Assembly: GCA_963640685.1 (NCBI GenBank)
Contig: CAVIAA010000002.1
Location: forward strand, 9,079 to 73,078
DNA from: Acutalibacteraceae bacterium
Lineage (GTDB): Bacteria > Bacillota > Clostridia > Christensenellales > CAG-138
Length of the DNA: 64,000 nucleotides
Direction of reading: 5' to 3'
The position numbers and the translations under genes are program-made. The stretch's first letter is position 1. Each line of letters starts with the position of its first letter. The notes below the pieces were generated by a model. It did no database searches, was not told the DNA's origin, and saw only the letters and a program-made list of their open reading frames with translations. This document shows positions 60,238 to 64,000 of this stretch, in pieces.

Positions 60238-60260
60238 AGCCGGTATTGCCGGCTTATTTT
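60238..60260 (+). terminator. Rho-independent terminator after the MarR gene
   Basis: AGCCGG-TATTG-CCGGCT followed by TATTTT. Confidence 0.6.
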
Positions 60261-60423
60261 GCGTGTAAAATAAGTGGCTGAATATCAAAAATGATAGATG
60301 ATGAACATATGTGCAAAATCGTACTGATATATTGTTAATTATGAAAATATGTGCTACCATGAGACCGAGTTAAGAGTTAGCCAATAGTAACAGTCAATCA
60401 CCAAACGAAACAGCAGGTGCAAT

Positions 60424-61236
60424 ATGAAATCACAGAAAAAGAAGCAGACCGACAATTGCCAAGATCTACTGACGAAAGTGGCCGCGATGTACTACCTTGA
60501 TTGCATGTCGCAGGAGGAGATTGCAAAAAGCTTGTTTCTTTCAAGATCTACAGTGTCGCGGATGCTCAAGCAGGCGAAGGACGAAAATGTTGTTTCAATA
60601 AAGATAAACTTTGCACCGGGCAGACACGGCTATTATGAAAACAAAATACAGCAGCTTTTTGACGTAGAGGCAATGGTAATCAATACCATCGGGATGCCGG
60701 AGACGGAAATTAAAACGAGCCTCTGCAAGTGCTGCGCCGTATGGATAGACGAAAAGGTAAAGGATAATTACATCATTGGCACAACGCGTGGGTCACTGCT
60801 GAGTACCGTTGCCGGGTATCTCACCCACGATGAGGGAAAGCACGTGTCGGTAGTGCAGCTAATGGGGTCGGAATCAAGAAGCGCTGCAAGTTTACTCAGC
60901 GCGCAGGATGTGGTGCGGCAGCTTGCGGCAAATTACGATGGGGTACCATACTTTATTGATGCACCGCTGGTGTTTTTTAACGAAAAGGCTAGGAACGAAT
61001 TGATGAAGGTATCATCGATACATACGACATTGACCCTTGCAAAGCAGGCAAACCTTGTGTTAACGACGCTTCCGCGGATAATACCGAACAATAGTGAGCA
61101 TATATGGAAGGGCTTCATTGATGAGGCGACGTACGATGAGGTAGTAAAGCTCGGCGCGGTGGGTTGTCTGTTCGGCAGGGCTTTTGATACTCCCGCAAAA
61201 AGTGGTTGTCTTGGGGAGTGCCGGAAGAGCGCATAA
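60424..61236 (+). pseudogene. SorC/DeoR-family sugar-binding transcriptional regulator, apparently 3'-truncated
   Basis: N-terminal HTH LLTKVAAMYYLDCMSQEEIAKSLFLSRSTVSRMLKQA and a sugar-binding domain run up to ...GAVGCLFGRAFD. Family resemblance then stops and 16 unrelated codons run to a stop. At 270 aa it is shorter than the roughly 310-340 aa usual for the family. Confidence 0.65.
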
Positions 61237-61499
61237 TAACGGTAAAGCCGGGCGATGTTGTCAAGATAAAGGACATCGAGCTGTATGTTGTAGATTCGTT
61301 TGACCGTACTGCGCTGATAACGGCGCCGCCGGAAGGAAGCATTGAGGGAAGATTCCCCGGTGACATGAACGAGAGGGCGGTAAACTACGTTGTAAAGACT
61401 CCAGGCGGAACCTTCTATCACAGCGGCGATTCACATTTCTCAAACTGGTACGGAGTGCATGGCAAGCAGTTTGATATAGATATTGCCATAGCTGCATAT
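61194..61499 (+). pseudogene. ulaG: Internal fragment of a UlaG-like L-ascorbate-6-phosphate lactonase (metallo-beta-lactamase) gene
   Basis: WGVPEERIITVKPGDVVKIKDIELYVVDSFDRTALIT...RAVNYVVKTPGGTFYHSGDSHFSNWY..FDIDIAIAAY matches roughly residues 160-260 of E. coli UlaG as recalled. Both the N- and C-terminal parts are missing. Confidence 0.7.
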
Positions 61500-62400
61500 G
61501 CTCAGCTTTCTCCAAATACAAAACCTGATGAAAAATATACCGTTCCTTGCCATAGTAGCAATAGGACAGGCATTTGCAATCATCTCCGGAGGCCTTGACC
61601 TTTCTGTCGCGGGAATAGTTACAAGCACCAATGTAATTTGCTGCCTCATAATGAGCGGGTCAAATTCTTTTAAAAGCACCGCACTGGCGGTATGTGTACC
61701 TCTGCTTTATGCAGTGTTCATAGGTGCTGTAAAAGGCATCGTTGTTGCAAAGCTGAAGATTATCCCGATGATCGCCACACTTTCAATTAACTATATTTTG
61801 CAGGGAGTGGCTCTGCTCCTGGTCAATGGTGTTTCCAAGGGGCGCACATCAAGGGAGTTTTCCGCCTTTGCGGAGGGTGCTGTGCTTGATGTAATACCGA
61901 ATACCTTTGTCGTTCTGATGATTTTGGTCGTACTGTTTGGCTTTATGCAGACCAGAATGAAGTTTGGCCATGCGTTTTTTGCTACCGGTTCAAACAGGCA
62001 GGCTGCTTATTACAGTGGCGTGAAGAGCGACATGATAATCGTATGGAGCTATATCATTTGTTCGGCTTGTGCTGCCGTGGCGGGGCTGCTGCTGACGTCG
62101 TATATTGAGCTGCCGAGCTTTGATTTAGGCGAACCGTATTCCATCAATTCGATTGCGGCCTGTGTGGTTGGCGGGGTTTCGATGGCGGGTGGCTCCGGCA
62201 CGGTAGTCGGCGCGGTAGGTGGGGCGGTATTCATAACCCTCCTGAACAGCCTCCTCAACGTACTGAAAATGCCGTCCGGCGTACAGAATATCGTTCGCGG
62301 TATGATAATCATAATAGGCCTACTGGGTTCCGAAAATATTAAAGATTATCTAAAAAACAGTACAAAAAAAGAAAAAATTACTGCCACTGGGCAGATATAA
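61498..62400 (+). CDS. Ribose-type sugar ABC transporter permease, N-terminally truncated (possibly non-functional)
   Basis: FLQIQNLMKNIPFLAIVAIGQAFAIISGGLDLSVAG aligns with RbsC-like permeases from about residue 35-40, so the first TM helix and any RBS are absent. The frame opens only at 61492. Confidence 0.7.
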   Translation: MLSFLQIQNLMKNIPFLAIVAIGQAFAIISGGLDLSVAGIVTSTNVICCLIMSGSNSFKSTALAVCVPLLYAVFIGAVKGIVVAKLKIIPMIATLSINYILQGVALLLVNGVSKGRTSREFSAFAEGAVLDVIPNTFVVLMILVVLFGFMQTRMKFGHAFFATGSNRQAAYYSGVKSDMIIVWSYIICSACAAVAGLLLTSYIELPSFDLGEPYSINSIAACVVGGVSMAGGSGTVVGAVGGAVFITLLNSLLNVLKMPSGVQNIVRGMIIIIGLLGSENIKDYLKNSTKKEKITATGQI

Positions 62401-62458
62401 CTGCAAGTTCTGCGTGCAGTAGGGTAGGTTTATCAAAAAAAGAAAGGAAAAGAATAAC

Positions 62459-63577
62459 ATGAAGAAAATTATGAGTATTTTATTAGCGATAGTTATGCTT
62501 TTCGGCATAACTGCCTGCAGCAGCGCGGCAACGAAGACTGATGCTGCTGAAGAAAACACCGAAGCAAAGGCAGAGGAGACCACCGCAACCGAGGCTCGCA
62601 AGCCCAAGAACGGCGACAAATGGAAAATCGGCCTCAGTATAAGCTTTACGGGTAATGCCTTCCGTTCCCTCTGCCTTGCTACGCTGGAGCAGGAGATTGA
62701 AAAGCGCGGCGACTGCGAGGTTACCATACTGGACGGTCAGAATGACATAAACAAGCAGGTGAGCGACCTTGAAAGCCTTATCGCTATGGATGTGGACGGC
62801 ATAATGCTGCTCCCCGGCTCATCTGAGGCGCTTGAACCCACACTGATCGAGGCGCGTAACCTTGGTATACCTGTCGGTGTCTTCGATAAGGAAATATTCA
62901 ACGACAATGCCTATGACTTTTATGTAGGAGCAAATACGGCGGCTCAGGCAGAAAAGCTTACCACCTGGCTTTTTGAGCAGATCGGCGGAGAGGGCAATAT
63001 TATTCAGCTCGGCGGCGCCCCCGGTAACTCCGGCACTGCTATTTTGCTGGATGTATGCAACGAGCTTATTGAAACGAAATACCCTAACATAAATATACTT
63101 GCGTACAAGGACACAAACTGGAAGGAAGACACCTCCAAGCAGACGACTACCGATCTGCTCCTTGCCTATCCCGATCAAATCGATGCGATTTGGTGCGATG
63201 GTACGCAGAGTGCTGCCGGTGCTATAAAGGCTTGTCTTGCAGCGGGCGTTGCTCCTGTTCCAACTATTGGAAATACCGCATATGCCGGCATGGTGCGTTT
63301 GTATGAGGAAAACAAGGATACATATCCCGATTGGGACGTGTGCCTTGGCTCCAAGCCTGCCTCGATTACTGCAGACTGCCTCAATTATCTTATTGACTTG
63401 CTGGAGGGCAAGGAACTGCCCGGCAAGGATATCTGCCCCGATCCCATACTGTATGATCTGAAGGAATGCGGCGCAGAACTTTTCAACCCCGATCTTCCCG
63501 ATTCCATGTATGTAGACCATACGCTGACTGAGGAGAATCTTAAGAAGCTGCTGGAAAACGACGTTTTTAATAAGTAG
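62459..63577 (+). CDS. Sugar ABC transporter substrate-binding lipoprotein
   Basis: Lipobox LFGITACS, an acidic linker, and a PBP1 fold (WKIGLSISFTGNAF...). RBS AGGAAAAG-like region upstream. Confidence 0.85.
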   Translation: MKKIMSILLAIVMLFGITACSSAATKTDAAEENTEAKAEETTATEARKPKNGDKWKIGLSISFTGNAFRSLCLATLEQEIEKRGDCEVTILDGQNDINKQVSDLESLIAMDVDGIMLLPGSSEALEPTLIEARNLGIPVGVFDKEIFNDNAYDFYVGANTAAQAEKLTTWLFEQIGGEGNIIQLGGAPGNSGTAILLDVCNELIETKYPNINILAYKDTNWKEDTSKQTTTDLLLAYPDQIDAIWCDGTQSAAGAIKACLAAGVAPVPTIGNTAYAGMVRLYEENKDTYPDWDVCLGSKPASITADCLNYLIDLLEGKELPGKDICPDPILYDLKECGAELFNPDLPDSMYVDHTLTEENLKKLLENDVFNK

Positions 63578-63589
63578 AACAAGGCGAGT

Positions 63590-63626
63590 ACGTCCTGCCG
63601 GAAAGGAGTATATGCCGGCAGGACGT
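63590..63626 (+). other. 12-bp perfect intercistronic stem-loop after the binding-protein gene
   Basis: ACGTCCTGCCGG (63590-63601) pairs with CCGGCAGGACGT (63615-63626) around a 13-nt loop. No U-run follows. Confidence 0.6.
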
Positions 63627-63670
63627 GTGCTTTGCAGGATGATACGCAAAGTTTGTGAGGTGCGCAGAGT

Positions 63671-64000
63671 ATGAAACAAATGCCATTTTTAGAGGCAGAA
63701 AATATATCTAAAAGCTTTTATGGCACAAAAGTTCTGAATGATGTTTCGGTAAATTTTTTTAAGGGAGAAATAGTCGGCGTAATAGGCGAAAACGGTGCCG
63801 GTAAGTCTACCCTGATGAAGATACTGGTCGGAGAATATAGCCGCGATGAGGGAGAGATATTTATCGAGGGGCAAAGGGTTGAAATACCCACGCCTGCGGA
63901 CGGACGCAAATTAGGCATAAGGATGGTGTATCAGGATACGCGGCTGATATCCGAACTGCCGGTGTACCAAAACGTATTTCTTGCGACTGAGATGATGTGC
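63671..64000 (+). CDS. Sugar ABC transporter ATP-binding protein (5' part; runs off the window)
   Basis: My own translation: MKQMPFLEAENISKSFYGTKVLNDVSVNFFKGEIVGVIGENGAGKSTLMKIL... (Walker A). RBS GAGGTG is 8 nt upstream. The frame stays open to the window end, so it is absent from the ORF track. Confidence 0.85.
   Translation, partial: MKQMPFLEAENISKSFYGTKVLNDVSVNFFKGEIVGVIGENGAGKSTLMKILVGEYSRDEGEIFIEGQRVEIPTPADGRKLGIRMVYQDTRLISELPVYQNVFLATEMMC

Noticed and set aside
63612-63674. A 20-codon mini-ORF starting in the loop of the 12-bp hairpin, considered as a separate gene feature.
   Set aside because: It is too short and unsupported to annotate as a gene. The SD-to-ATG spacing is tight, and the ATPase gene has its own GAGGTG RBS. 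It is kept only as a remark within a finding.

Overview
By gene content and order, this 64 kb window is a mostly housekeeping chromosomal segment from a high-GC, endospore-forming Clostridia-type Firmicute. I found no rRNA or tRNA genes, CRISPR arrays, transposases, integrases, prophage genes or recognisable defence genes. About 60 coding genes are supported.

Gene content in order:
- 0-4.4 kb: amidohydrolase-ygeY-ygeW set.
- 4.6-7.1 kb: TetR plus oleate hydratase.
- 7.3-10.8 kb: bofC-like gene, then ruvC-ruvA-ruvB.
- 10.8-12.5 kb: T-box-controlled archaeal-type proS.
- 12.6-13.8 kb: dinB behind a perfect LexA box.
- 14-17.2 kb: lgt, pncB and two small envelope proteins.
- 17.3-20.3 kb: SCIFF ranthipeptide cassette. 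Its 48-codon precursor is absent from the supplied ORF track. It is followed by a radical-SAM/SPASM maturase and a start/stop-overlapped PLP decarboxylase-fold gene.
- 20.3-25 kb: brnQ, a proline iminopeptidase, and galE-galK.
- 25-33.9 kb, minus strand: mglBAC-like sugar ABC transporter. Upstream sits a binding-protein/LytS-type kinase/AraC-type regulator sensor cassette, itself preceded by a coupled Ig-like, Cys-rich surface protein.
- 34-49 kb: assorted metabolism and envelope genes (SNF transporter, thioesterase, cysteine desulfidase family, deacetylase, small alarmone synthetase, hup, yabN/mazG, MOP flippase, TGS-uridine-kinase fusion, VanW, asparaginase, transglutaminase-like lipoprotein).
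- 49.2-55.6 kb: conserved yqfC-yqfD-phoH-pgpH-ybeY-cdd-era-recO string.
- 55.7-60.2 kb: ppdK, a HAD phosphatase, spoIIID and a MarR regulator.
- 60.2-64 kb: a visibly more AT-rich sugar-ABC locus with two razor-sharp gene-fragment junctions (truncated sorC / ulaG fragment / N-truncated permease).

I do not see convincing evidence for an entirely new multi-gene system. The best leads are the SCIFF cassette with its coupled PLP enzyme, the four-gene sugar-sensing cassette with the orphan surface protein, and the mosaic junctions near 61.2 and 61.5 kb.

All calls rest on reading the translated ORFs and the DNA by eye. No database search was run, and GC statements are visual estimates.
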